A stretch of 64,000 nt of DNA. It comes from Geosiphon pyriformis uo1 (lineage: Eukaryota; Fungi; Glomeromycota). The notes under the pieces are model-generated. The model made no database searches and was not told the origin of the DNA. It was given only the letters and a program-made list of their open reading frames with translations. The stretch spans positions 1-64,000 of the forward strand of contig JAAOMT010000653.1 in NCBI GenBank assembly GCA_016748015.1, read 5' to 3'. Shown here in pieces: positions 36,352 to 48,900 of this stretch (the first letter of the stretch is position 1; every line of letters begins with the position of its first letter). The position numbers were made by a program, and so were the translations under genes.

Positions 36352-39300
36352 TAGAATTCTAATTAAATTAAATTAAACTAAACCAATTTTTTAAAGTAGA
36401 TTCAGTTTGAATTTGGCATTAAACTTTTTTAACAAGTCTGAGTTCAGTTTAAGTCTAGTACAAAGTTTATGAACTTGTTTAAGTTTGATAAAATTAAAAA
36501 AAATATATAACTTATACTACTTATTTATTAATTATTACTTTGTTTAATTTTTATAATTAGTTAAAAAAGTATATAAAAATATATATGTATAACAATTCTA
36601 CTTTCCAATTTACCAAAATGAATTTATTGTTGACATTATTTAATATTACTAAAGGTTTAAAATCTAAAATAATGGAATTTGATAACTCAAATAGTCCAAA
36701 TATTAATATATTTAGTAAATGTAGTTTTTAGAGTAAAGTATAAAACCATTTTAATAAGTTTATATAGATAAAAGAAAAAAAACAGCTAAATATACAGTTT
36801 TAAAATGTGTACATAAACCATTTTTTTGTAGAACTATAGGCACTACTAAATTCTTATAGTGCTATTTAGAAACTTCTCACCAGACAGTATATGTTACAAT
36901 AGAAAAATATTATAAAAAAAAACAAAATATTCAGAAAAATTGCAAATCAATTGAAAAAATGGTTTGATAGATAAGATTGCTATTTTTTTTTATGATTTTT
37001 AGCCAATTTAACTAAAAAACTGCTCTAGTTTTTTGTAATAACTGTTATTAATATTGATAATAAAAAACTTTATAACATAATTACTATTTGGCTTATCAAC
37101 TGTTAACAATTACTTCTTATAATAAAAAACTTTAAATTAATCAAAATATTTCAATATTTAAATCTTACTTCTTAATCTGTTTATACTAATATAATTAAAA
37201 ATAGAATTATAAAACTTTATGTCTTAATAAACAAAAATTAAAAGTAAGCACTATTTTTATTATGAAATATCTCTTTTTTTACTTATACTTATAATATAAT
37301 AGACATATTTAAATATTATTAAATCCAAAATTTTTTTTATATCAGATTTCTGAACATTTTTCAATAACAAAGCTTTTGTCTCTATTACTACTTATTATAT
37401 TAATAACAATTGGAACTTTTAATAAACAATAATTAATTTTGGATTAATAAATAAATAATATAATAGAATAAATATTGTGAACAAATTTTTTAAAATATTA
37501 AAATATTATAAAATTACATTAAAAGTATGTATATATATTCTTATATAAATTTGGATTAATTAATAGCCAATAATAAAATTGGCATACTATACTGCATATT
37601 AGTATCATTTAAGATTCAAAGTTATTATAATATCTATATTATTAAAGATTGCATTTTCTTAATGTTGGCTTAAGTTGGTTTTTATTATTGTCTTAAAACT
37701 AAATTTTCAGTATTAGTATTATTTAAGACTTAGAATTATCACAGTGCTCATATTATTATTAATTATGTTTTTTCAATGTTAGTTTAAGTTGGTTTTTATC
37801 ATTGTTTTAGAGCTGAATTTTTGGTATTAGCATCATTTAAAACTCGAAGTTACTACAGTACTCATATTATCAAAAACCATGTTTTCTTAATATTAACTTA
37901 AGTGGTTTTTATTATTGCTTCGAGCCAAATTTTTAACCAAAAAGATTAAAAAAAAAGTTTAAGAAAGAATTACATATACACACTTTTTATATGAGTTTAC
38001 TATTAATTTTATTAGTTATAACTTAATTTTTTTTGATAGCTTCTTGCTATTACCCTCAATAATACCACAAATAATAATACTTTCATAAGAGAGTTAACAG
38101 AAAAATTAGAAAAAAAAACATTCAATAGAACTCAGAGGACTTTTAATTTCAATGCTTTAATTATACTCTAAATTTGACAGTACAAACAACTTTAAATAAA
38201 ATAAAAAATGATGTTTTCAAGGTATTTATTAAAAACCCAAACCAAATATATTTATTTAAAATTTTTCTAATATAAACTTTGTATAAATTAAAGATTAAGA
38301 AACTTAACTCTGTAATTTGTACTTTGCCTTAATATTTTAAGTTTTTTGAACATATTTGTAATACATGTCAAATTAAATACCATAAATTCATTCTAAATTG
38401 TTTTATTTAATGGAATTTTACTTATAATATGATCAAGAATAAGTTATTTTTTAAATTAGCAAGTTATTTATTTTTGATTCTATATATTTTAAATACAAAA
38501 ATTCTAACTATAAATTTATAAACATTAAACACTCTTATTAGTACTTATATTAATATCTATTAATATGTTATTTTACATAATTAGTGGGCTGTTTTTGATA
38601 AAATTGCTGAATTTTTTGAACTATTTAAGAATATTATAGTCAAAATGTCAGTCAGTTTAAATAATACTGTCTTTTTAATTATTTTTTTCTTTAATATTAT
38701 TCTTAATTATGTCAAAGACACAATTAATAATAATGAATTTGGTAAAGCATTATAATCTTAATTATATTTATTTAGTTATTTATTTAACATATTTAATATT
38801 AGATTCATTATTTGTTATAATAGCTAGAACAGTAAGAAAAAAGTTGATTAAATATTACTCTAAAACAAATACAACTATAATGCTCTGTACTGCATTGAAT
38901 CCAAAAAAAAATTCTATTATTTTACAAAAAAAAATTTTTGGATGACAATATTAATAAAATAAAAGAATTATAAGTTATTAATTTATTCAAATAATTTTAT
39001 TTTCTAACTTTTACACAATAAATAAATCTTTAAAATATGTATTCTTTTTAAAATAAAGTACACATTAAATATTATACTAATATTAAATAACAGTTTTTTG
39101 TTAAATAGCAATTTTAATAATATTATAATATCAGTTATATAATTTATATTAAAAACAGATTTTAATAATAATAATAAAAAAAAACTTGACAAAATTGATT
39201 GTTATATTTCTAAAAAAGTGGTCAATAGAGAAATGGATATAATAGCATAGTGGAAGATATATTACAAAAATATTTATTTAAATTAACATTTTATTAATAA

Positions 39301-39735
39301 TTTGATATTTAAATATATTAAACACAATTTTTTTGTCTTGTATATATGGCTTGTAATTATTTGGCAATTTAAAAATTATCTGTTGTTTCTGAATATGTTT
39401 TTCTGTAAATAAAAATATGATTACAAATATGAAGTTTTGCTTAGTACTTAAAACTATAAAAACAATACAATGTTTTTGATTATAAATACAAAAACTATTG
39501 AAAAAAAAATCAAATAATAATATAATATAATATAATGTTTTTAATAGTTAAACCTAAACATATTTATGAACTTTGAACTGAACTTAAACCAGATTTATTG
39601 TATGTATTCAAATTTGGTTCAAGCTTAGTAATTTTAAGTCTGGTTTAAGTTTAAATTCAAAATTTTGCCAAATTTTTTGTTTAAGTTTGGTTTGGTTCAA
39701 TAATTCAATTGAACTTAAACCAAACCAGAATTTTA
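36352..39735 (+). mobile_element. Decayed hAT DNA transposon
   Basis: Decayed BED finger at about 36735-36890. W-N-x-T-Y motif at about 38410 and ALNPK (LDPR-like) at 38890. hATC dimerisation remnant at 39240-39450. Termini TAGAATTCT...AGAATTTTA with ggtt/aacc subterminal repeats. Confidence 0.8.
37598..37935. repeat. Three tandem copies of a ~114-bp unit
   Basis: Units start tagtatcattt (~37600), tagtattattt (~37714) and tagcatcattt (~37828); each contains ttaagttggtttttat. Confidence 0.85.
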
Positions 39736-41270
39736 AAGAATAGGTTTGGTCCTTTTACATTATTTCTTTGTTCTTGTATTGAATTATGTGTTTATTAATA
39801 GTGATTTCTAGACTTGATTTTTGTTGTTGAATCAGTTGTAATAATTGTTATGCAAATAAGTAGATGTTGTTGGTAATTTTCATCTTTTTTTGTTGTTTTT
39901 GTCATGTATAGTGTTTTCTTATATACTGTTTTAGTAGATTAATTCAATGTGTTTGCTTTAATGATGATGATTGGTTCTAGATCTTGTGAAATCTTATCAG
40001 GTTTGACTAGTATTCTTTGTACTCCTAGTTGTGGAATATTATTAGTAGATAATAATATTATATTGTGGTATGGTTTCAGTTAATCTCTATGTACTGCTTT
40101 AACTAAGATTTTATTGTTCTATCTTAGTTTATAAGCTCTATTTTCTAAAATTTTTTCAATGTGAAATGATTTATTCTATTTGAAGTTGAATTTTTTATTC
40201 CATTGTTTTTTTGGTTTGATATAATATAAGAATATTTTGTCTTTAATTTTGAATTCAACTGGTTTGTTTGGTAATTGGTTATTATGTTGTTTTTTTTGTT
40301 TTTTTTGTAATCTTTGAATGTTATTAGCTGCTCTTTTTTTTTTGTTTTCCAATATTTTTATTAGTTTGTACATTTTTTTTAGCAATGTTTTTTGAAAGTT
40401 GGCTTTTGTTATTGGTTTCATTAAATATGTGTTGATGTTTATCTCCACTAATAATATTGCTGTTTTATCATAAACAAGTTCAAATAATGTTGCTTGTATG
40501 ATATTTTGCTTTATTGTTCAATAAACAAATAGTACTGATGGTATAAACAAATCACATTTGTCCTGGTTTTTTTGGCTAATTTTTGCTATTGTTTTATACA
40601 ATGTTCTGTTAAATCTTTCTATTAAGTCATTTGTTTATGGATAATATAGTAATAATAATAGTCTTTTAATTCCAAATTTTTAACTTAATTCTGTTAATAT
40701 TCTGTTCACAAAATGAGTTTTTTGATTAGATAATAATTCTTTTGGATATTTATGTTGACAAATCAAATTTTGGTGAATAAATTTGGCTACAGATTTTGTA
40801 TTTGCTTTTTGGATTGCTTTTGCTTTTGGCTATTTTGTAAAATAGTCTATAGCTACTGCTATGTACTGGTTGTTTTTACTGATTATTGTTAATAATCTAA
40901 CTAAGTCAATTTTAATTTGATCAAATAGTTGTTTCACTTTAATTGGTTTTAGTAATTTACTGGTTTTTGTTTCTTCTCTTTATTGACAAGCATTACAATT
41001 TTGAACATATTAGATGATATCTAGATATATTTATGGCCAATAATATTTTTTTCTGGTTCTTTTTATGGTTGTTTCTTTATGGAAATATTCTGTTATTAGA
41101 TTTGAATACATGTTAAATAGTATTGTTTCTTTTTCTGGTTTTGTGATAACTTTGAGTGACTGATCTGGATATTTTCTGTTTTTCTAATATAATATATCTT
41201 AATAAGTAATAAAATATTTTGATTGTTGTTTTATGTTGTTTTGTTCCTTTTGAGATAATTTTTACTAATT
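39736..41270 (-). mobile_element. Decayed Ty3/Gypsy fragment related to element A (integrase plus start of ORF3)
   Basis: Colinear with 6330-7840. ORF 40176-40448 matches the integrase tail. ORF3 ATG at 39883. Confidence 0.9.
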
Positions 41271-41978
41271 TATTATTAATAATAAATGTTTTTAATTTAA
41301 AAAAAATTCATTTTAATTATTAAATTATTAACTTTTAAATTAAATCTATATTTTGTTTTTTTAAAATATTTTTTTAAATTTTTTGCTTTTTCCAAATTTT
41401 AAAATAGTTTATACATTCATATATATATTATAATTTATAATTATATATATAATAATATATATTGTTTAACAAATTATTATTGTTGTTAAAAAAATTCTCA
41501 AATACATAATTTTATTAAGTAATATTAAGTAAAAAAGTTAGAAGTTTAATGCTAAAACATTATAATAAAAGTTTACTAATAAAGTAAAATTAGTTAATGC
41601 TGGTTTTTTTTGTATAAATATTAATTAATAAATTAGTTAGCACCAAATTTTTACCATAAATTACATTACAAAAGTGTTTTTAATATTATTTAACAGCAGA
41701 AGAAAATTTTTACAACAATATTTGAATTTGAATTTTATAATTTGAATTAATTAATTATGTCAATTTTATTGCAAAATATTACTATATTAAGAAAATTATT
41801 ATTTGATTCATTTTATATATAAATTATTTTAAAACTTTACAAGTTTTTAAAATTGGTTTGTAATTCCACAAATTAATAACCTGTTGATAATTTGATTTAG
41901 TTTTTTAAAATTAGGTTAAAATCTTCAACTTTTTGAAATTCCGGATGATCGACTTGTATTCTTTACACCATTATCGAC

Positions 41979-43468
41979 ATGGAAGTTAACAAGGATGAGG
42001 CACTTCGTTGCTTGCAAATCGCGCGCACACATTTATCTTCCGGAAAGGTTGTTTCAGCACTTAGATTTGCCCAGAAGTCTATATCATTGTATCCTACAAC
42101 GGAAGCGAAAGCTTTCCTAAAAAAAGTCGAAGCCTCGAAAGTCCCAGAAACAGAAGAAAGTGAACCAAATTCTCCTACTTCACCCTTTACAGGATCTTCC
42201 CGAGACCATAATCAGGGGAGGCAAACTAGAGAGTTTACACCAGAACAAGCAGAAGCAGTTAAGAGAATAAAGGCTTGTGGCGTATACGAGTATTATGAAG
42301 TACTTGGATTAAATAAAGATGCCAGTGATGGCGAAATCAAAAAGGCTTATAAGAAGGTTGGATATTTGGCCCATCGGTAATTAGTGTAATAGTCAACCGT
42401 AATGGCCCTTTTTCCTCATTTTGTCCACGACCTTCAAGCTGATTCGAATGACGAATTCAATAAGATTATTGTTCAACATTTGTGCTTGTGGATTTAGTTG
42501 GCCTTACTGATGCATCCAGACAAGAATGGAGCCCCTGGAGCTGATGAAGCATTCAAAAGTATATATATTAACTCTAGTTCGGCTTATTTGTGGGGGTGCC
42601 TATATTTGCCTACTCTTTTACATTAATAATTTCTAAAAAAAATGGGTTAAACACTTGAAGAGATTAGCAAAGCGTTTCAAGTACTCAATGACCCTCAAAA
42701 GCGTGAAATATTTGATCAACATGGTGCTGATCCGGATTCAAGAATGCCATCTCCAGGTTTCGGAAATGCAAGGTTTAATGGATTTTCCAATGGAGCCATG
42801 TTTGCTGATGAAATCACGCCAGAAGAATTGTTCAATATGTTTTTTGGAGGAGATCTGGGTGGCGGTATTTATATTATTTTTTAAAATCTTGATAAATCTG
42901 AAAGAATGTTTTTCCGTTTTCAAGTTGATATGTTTATAAACCAAATTTTTTAGGGTTTCATGCCGGAACATTTGTAAGTCCGGGATTTCGTGCGAGGCAA
43001 TATGGCCCTCGCAGAGCTCCGAGAAATGCTGAAGAAGGCCAAACCACGCCCTCAACATGGCTCCAATTTGTCCAACTGCTTCCACTAATTCTTCTTTTTT
43101 TATTCTCGTTGTCTTCCAATCTGTTTTCCACAACTCAAGATTCTACCCCTGCATTTTCTTTAGAGCAAATTCCCCCTTATACCCAAGCTCGATTTACACA
43201 TTCACTTCAGATTCCTTATTTTGTCAACCCCAAAGATTTTATGTCTTTCGAACAAAATCCCAGAATATTAAGACGATATGAAGATGCCGTTGAGAACAAA
43301 TACGTGAGACAATTGCAGCAGCGCTGTAATTCTGAAAAAATATTACAAAAGCAAAGGGTGAACGAAGCTTTGGGCTGGTATTTTAATCGTAACGAGGAGA
43401 AACTGGAAGAGGCTAAATCAATGAAAATGCCGAATTGCGAAAGATTAAACAAACTTGCAGAGAAGTGA
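41979..43468 (+). CDS. HLJ1: ER-membrane J-domain co-chaperone, HLJ1/DNAJB12/DNAJB14-like; exons 41979-42356, 42498-42558, 42661-42864, 42954-43468
   Basis: MEVNKDEALRC N-terminus, J domain YYEVLGL...AYKK|LALLMHPDKN, G/F region ITPEELFNMFFGG, TM segment QLLPLILLFLFSL, C-terminal DUF1977-like Cys pair. GT-AG introns preserve the frame. Confidence 0.95.
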
Positions 43469-44182
43469 ATCAAGCCCATCAGTCTCAAAAACTTGAAGCT
43501 ATTTATTCGGCTCGAGGCAAAATAATACTTTCCTCCGAAGTCAAGAACCGTCAATTCATAAAAATACGGTCATATTGGCTTCGATGTTTATACAATCATT
43601 TCTCATAACTACAGTTTAAGTTTCCCTTAATTTTTAAATTTAGATATTATAAATCCAATTATTGTGGTTATCACATATTTATAGAAATTTGCAATTTTTC
43701 AAAAGGAAATTGTGACTTCTAAAAGTCATGAGAATACAAACCTACATTAACGACTGAAATTCTTTCCAGATATTTTCAACAAAGTGAAAGTGGTGTGTTT
43801 ATTTGCGACGAGTGGTCGCAATTTCAAAATCTTAAAATTAGATTATTTCGACTTCTTAGTTGTGTATATTTGCGGAAATATTTTATATCTGATAAAAATA
43901 GATATAAATGATACACTGTGTATTTACAAAAATGCGAAGAAGCGAAATAAAATGTAAGCAGCGACAGAAATGTGAAGGTAATCTATGAACTAAAGATTGA
44001 TAGAGAATTTTGAAAAGTGCTCCTTATAATTCTAAACGACCCCATATAAAAATGAGGAAACACTGCAACAGAGCTGAAACTTTCAAATTTTAATTTCGAT
44101 GTAATTACTCATGGAGGCAAACCCTTCATATTTCTAAAAAGACTACAAATCCCATCCAAACACATCAGCGATACTCGTATCC

Positions 44183-44847
44183 TTATTTCTTTGATGAATT
44201 ATGCACAGTGATATTGAAGTTGATAGTAACGGGCAATTCCACCTCCTTTCCATCGATTTCAACCTTAATCTTAGCCTTTGTGTGACTTGCGGTCCATCCG
44301 TAACTGCCGGTTGAATGCTTGTGTGGTTCCGCGTTAAGTGTAAATAAAGAATCCTCCAGGGATTCTGATCCATTCTTGATTCCCTTTTTATCCTCGGATT
44401 CCTCGTCTTTTGTCTCATCTTCCTCTTGTTCCTCATTAGCTGATTTGTAGATCACAACCTTGAGATTTTTGGCGTTAGCAAGAAACTCTTTCTGTTTAGG
44501 AAGGGTTACGGTATTAGCGATTTCATCCTCTTCCTTTTTCTACAAAAAAAAAATTAGCCCCTAAGTTACACAAAAACTTGAAAATTTGCTGTATGAAACG
44601 CGTTATTTCTTCGCGACATTTCCAAAGATGAGCGCGGATAACCAAATGGACACACCTCTGTCTTCTTCTTTTTGGTCTTGGGAACAGAAGAGGTAGATGC
44701 TGAGGCGGCGGCAGCAGCAGCCTTTGCTTCTTCGGTCTTGGTTTTCGCGGCACGTTTAGGAGTCGTTTTACGTTCAATCTCCTCTTTTGTATTCACGGCA
44801 GCTTTTCTTTTACGCGTACTTTTTTTATCTTCCGTATGTTCTGTCAT
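44183..44847 (-). CDS. Uncharacterised 182-aa protein: Lys/Ala-rich N-terminus plus STGSYGW beta-rich domain; exons 44847-44656 and 44539-44183
   Basis: ATG in AAAA context. A 116-nt phase-0 intron GTGTGT...GCTAAT...TAG joins KKKKTE|KKEEDEIA. CpG-retaining coding-like sequence. Confidence 0.82.
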
Positions 44848-45335
44848 TTTTAAGGGAATAAAGCTTTTTGCTTTCTGTAGTTCTGTCGAAAAAACAAAAA
44901 CCGAGATAAAAAAATAGAGATGTGTAGTAAGCTTTGCCCGTTATCTAGCTTGATAATAATAAAAATTCGGACAATACAAACGGAAGCAAGTGGAATAATA
45001 CAACTTTGTTTATTATTGCCTGCAAGAAAATAGATGATCGCATCCGAACAGTTCTTATTTTGTTTTTCCCCAGTGTCAGTTTTTTTCGGTTACTCAAAAG
45101 TCAAGTGACTTGAGTGCCTGATCCACTGGCCAATGATAAAACGGTTTATAATTTGTAGGCATATGTTAAATTTTATAAAGTTTTCAGTCAATCATTTATT
45201 TCTGATTACCCGATTGTGGTAATAATCGTTTCGTGCACAAAGTTAGGACAGAAATCTATTGATAGCCCTTTTTAAGACTTAAAAGTATTAATTCAGCGGG
45301 AATGCTTTGATCACTTGCCTGCTCTCATTATTCTC

Positions 45336-47461
45336 TCAATTTACCCTTCGGACCTCCCGTAATTCAGACCAATGATGTGTTTGAATATTCATTCCCCGTT
45401 CTTGGCCTTCAATTAAGAATTCATCTTCTAATCCCTTTAGCTCAAATTTATTTAGGGGACGTTCGGAATCATTAGAAGGTTGATTTTTAGGATTAGGCTT
45501 AAGCTTCACTAAACCCTGCAAGGCATCAAAAGCTAAAATATTGGACTCCTATAAAAAAAGGGCTAGGTTTTAAAATGATCGTCAATTGAGATGTTTTGAT
45601 GACAAGTAAAAGATAATACTGACTTTGTAATCACTCAATTCGGGAGTGAATGATGCAGATAATTCCAAGATCTAGAACCCGAGTCAAGAATTTATTTATT
45701 AAATTATTAGTGCCCCATTTGTTCAAAGTTGATTTGTTGAAATAGTTACCTTGTAAGCTATAGTATCTCCAACACGTGGACAATTACCGTATAATTCCAG
45801 TTGAGTATAGTCAATAATATCCCCCTGATCAAATTTTTTAATTTCTTCAGAAATTACCCCATGTGATTCAACGATCTTTTCACTGTAGCCCTGTTCATGA
45901 ATAAGATTTTGTTGGGCATTATGTTGCCCTTTTTTCTTTTTTCTGGTTTTCCTTTTCTTTGCTGCTTGCTGAATATCAACACGAGTAACAATCGCTCGTC
46001 CCGGGGGAACATCTTGTGGACTCTGAAAAGCCAGGGAAATATTATCAGTTTCTTTTGGGCGCTCCTCTGAAAATTTACCATTTGGAAGCGTTTTATTGTT
46101 TCCTTTTTCTTCATTGGCAAACCTGACATGATTCGGTGTCAATGCCAACATGCCTTGAAGATATCCTTTCTTTTTATTCGATGTAGATGATAAAGATAGT
46201 GGGGGTTTTATTTCGAGATTACCATAATACTCTTTCGTATATTCGGATGGATCACCATTAGCTGAAAACTTGGACTGAACACTAGGTGAGTTCATCACTG
46301 AACTACTCTCTTGGGCTTCATTCAAAACATTTCCGCCAAGCTCCATTTTTAGGTGCATTTGATCAACATTATCAACATTTTTCAATTCAGGTTCAGCCAT
46401 ATTTTGTGGCGTAATTTTCAATCTAGTTGCATTGCTTTCGTTTGTGGTTGAAGCTCTATGCATTTTTCAAATGAATAAAAATGAGTATTTGGGGGGGGGG
46501 GGGGGGGGGAAAACTATGTTTTCCTGGATTCTGTACCTGAGTATTCGTTTTGCCTGAATATCGTCATTTGTAACTGTGTCCCTTTCACTTTTACAGCTAG
46601 TTGAAGAAGAATCCGAAGAGGAATCGGAATCTTCAGAACTTGATTCTTTCTTCGTTTTATTTTTTTTAATCTTCTTTGAATTTATGAGTGATTTTTGTTT
46701 TCCTGTAGTGATGTTCTTTCCTCCGCTATTAATCTTGAATTTTTTGTTTTTACTTCGCTTATTATTATCCGGATCGGATGATGTGCGACTAGATGTATCC
46801 GACTCTGACGTTCTTTCATCGTTAGTCGATGAATCAGAGCTCGAAGAGGAACCCGTTTTTCTTTTCTTAGTCTGCAAGTCATTTCTCTTAAACTCCCCTT
46901 CCTCACGACTCGCCTGATGTTTTCTTTTATTCAATTCAGGGGGAGTCACAAAGCTTTTTTTCGAAACTTTGTTAACCACTACTTTTTCTTGAGCTTTTGA
47001 AGTTGGAACAGCAATAATTTCAGGCCTTTTCTTTTTAGGTGTTTCTATTGACATGAAAAAATATAATCGATTGAAATCTAAATGTAGTACCTTGATCTGC
47101 AATTTTCCCCTCAATCTTGTCATCGATCAGGCGAGGTTTAACACTGCGAAATTAATCATAAATCGGAATCCAAGATCAAAATTTATGAAGTCTTCTCAAT
47201 TTTATGTATCACTCTCAATAAACCAACAAACCAAATCGTGTCATTTTCTCTAAGCAAACCGAAGATAGTTCCACTTGGTAGCAACTCGAAAGCGTCCAAA
47301 GAGAGATTAAATCCATAAGGACCTTGAGTCTCTAACTCGAAAGCCTGCATAATGCTGGCTTCGAGGTCTCGAATGGAATTATACTGTTGCTCGGTATCTG
47401 AAATTTCGTACCAGCAACACCTTTTAGGCAAAGGTGTCTCAAACACAAGCTTCACACGCAT
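45336..47461 (-). CDS. COIL: Coilin homolog (N-terminal ubiquitin-like domain, Lys/Ser-rich disordered middle, C-terminal Tudor-like domain); 6 exons
   Basis: MRVKLVFE...CWY...LSLDAFELLPSGTIFGLLRENDTI and DYTQLELYGNCPRVGDTIAYK|ILELSASFTPELSDYK|ESKILAFD...WSELREVR match the two conserved coilin domains. Five GT-AG introns (donors at about 47231, 47090, 46536, 45749, 45623) keep the frame. Confidence 0.88.
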
Positions 47462-48325
47462 ATTCAAAAATATAGCGGTAATAAGTGAAATTGTTTGGTT
47501 AATTTAATAATCAACTCGTTTCTAACTAGGAAAGCGACTCTTGAATCTGTAACTTGGTAAGTAAAAAAAATTTTGTTCATTATCTTTTTTTGTGAGAATC
47601 ACGTTGTCTATTTTATCTTGGCGTATTTAATTTGATTTTTAAATTAAATTACAATATGTAATTAAATTTTTTTTTTAACAAAATATGGACTTTTTTTTTG
47701 GTTTCCAATAGTAACACTACTTAAGAAGCTTTTTTAACTAGAAAACCATTTTATTAAAGCACTTTTCATAGTAAGCAGTTTTTGGCCTATATTTTTAATT
47801 TTACATAGTTTATTGGTTTTTAAAAACAAGATCAAGTTTTTTTAAATACTATTACTAAAACTAAGCTTGTAATTTTTTTGGTTTTATTCTACTATTATCT
47901 TTAAAATCAGTAAATTGGTTTTAGATTTATAGTTAAATTTGTTTTATTTTTTAGTTTTTAATTTTTAATTTTATTATTGTTACTTTTGTATTTAAAAAAA
48001 CTTTTAATAATATTATTATTATTATTAAGATTAGTATTTTACAAAAATATTGTATTTAATAAAAAACTCTTAAATATTAATATTATTATAAATATTAAAG
48101 TTTAAATTATTTGGCTTTTAATTAAAAAGCTGTTTTTTTGATTTATTAAAGTTTTTTTGTTGTATTAAAAATTTTTTGTAAATTAATTTATTAATTTAAT
48201 ATTTTATATACAAATAAAAATTCTTAATAAATTTATAAATAGCTTTATTAAAGATTTGGTTATAATTAAAAAAAAGTGTTTTAATTGGTTTTAATAATAA
48301 TAAAATAAAAACTATTAAAAACAAT

Positions 48326-48900
48326 AAAACTTCTTTTTTTTTTACATCCAAAAATTTTTTAAAAGCATTTTTTAAAAGAAAAAGTTTTTTGTCTCTGTTT
48401 TTTTAGTTATATTAATTTTAACATTTTTCAAGTTAATAATTTTTTTGTGGTAAATCTGAAAACTGTTTTAAGTAATAATATGTTTAAGAAAAAAGTGTTC
48501 AAAAGAACTTTTTATGGTCTTATTAGAAATACTTTTTTTCAAAAAAAAAAAGTATTTGTGAATAATATCAAACATTTTAGTAATGAAAAAAAATTTTTTT
48601 GGTCAAATTTAATTTTGGTAATAGTATATATTTAGATATAAATAGTGAATTCAATAACAGTAAAATTGGTAATATATTATTAAATACTGATAATAGTTTT
48701 TTTTTTGACTTAATTGTAATAACTTTTAATGCTAAAATAATTAATGTTGGCTTAAATTGTGGTTTTTTTATTAATATAATTAACTATAAAATAGATAAAA
48801 GTAAGGAATCTCTTTTTTTTTCTATTAATATTTTTCTTAACAAAAAATAAATTAATCTTAAAATTGTGAAAACTCAAGTTAAAATAACTGTTGAAAAAAA
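48326..48900 (+). mobile_element. LINE-3: 5' UTR and start of ORF1 only, heavily eroded
   Basis: 5' hairpin signature; ORF 48447 homologous to ORFs 52787 and 32231. Confidence 0.85.

Noticed and set aside
36344-39743. 8-bp hAT TSD (AAAAATAT versus AAGAATAG)
   Set aside because: Only 6/8 match in low-complexity DNA, and the right flank reads as ORF3 of a Ty3 element rather than the continuation of the inverted hAT copy.
44540-44577. Alternative 38-nt intron keeping VCPFGYPRSS... as coding
   Set aside because: Implausibly short; the upstream GTGTGT donor gives a normal 116-nt in-phase intron.
46491-46509. G19 run read as polyproline in ORF 46467-47123, or as a functional G-quadruplex
   Set aside because: It lies in a coilin intron; a simple homopolymer with no further support.
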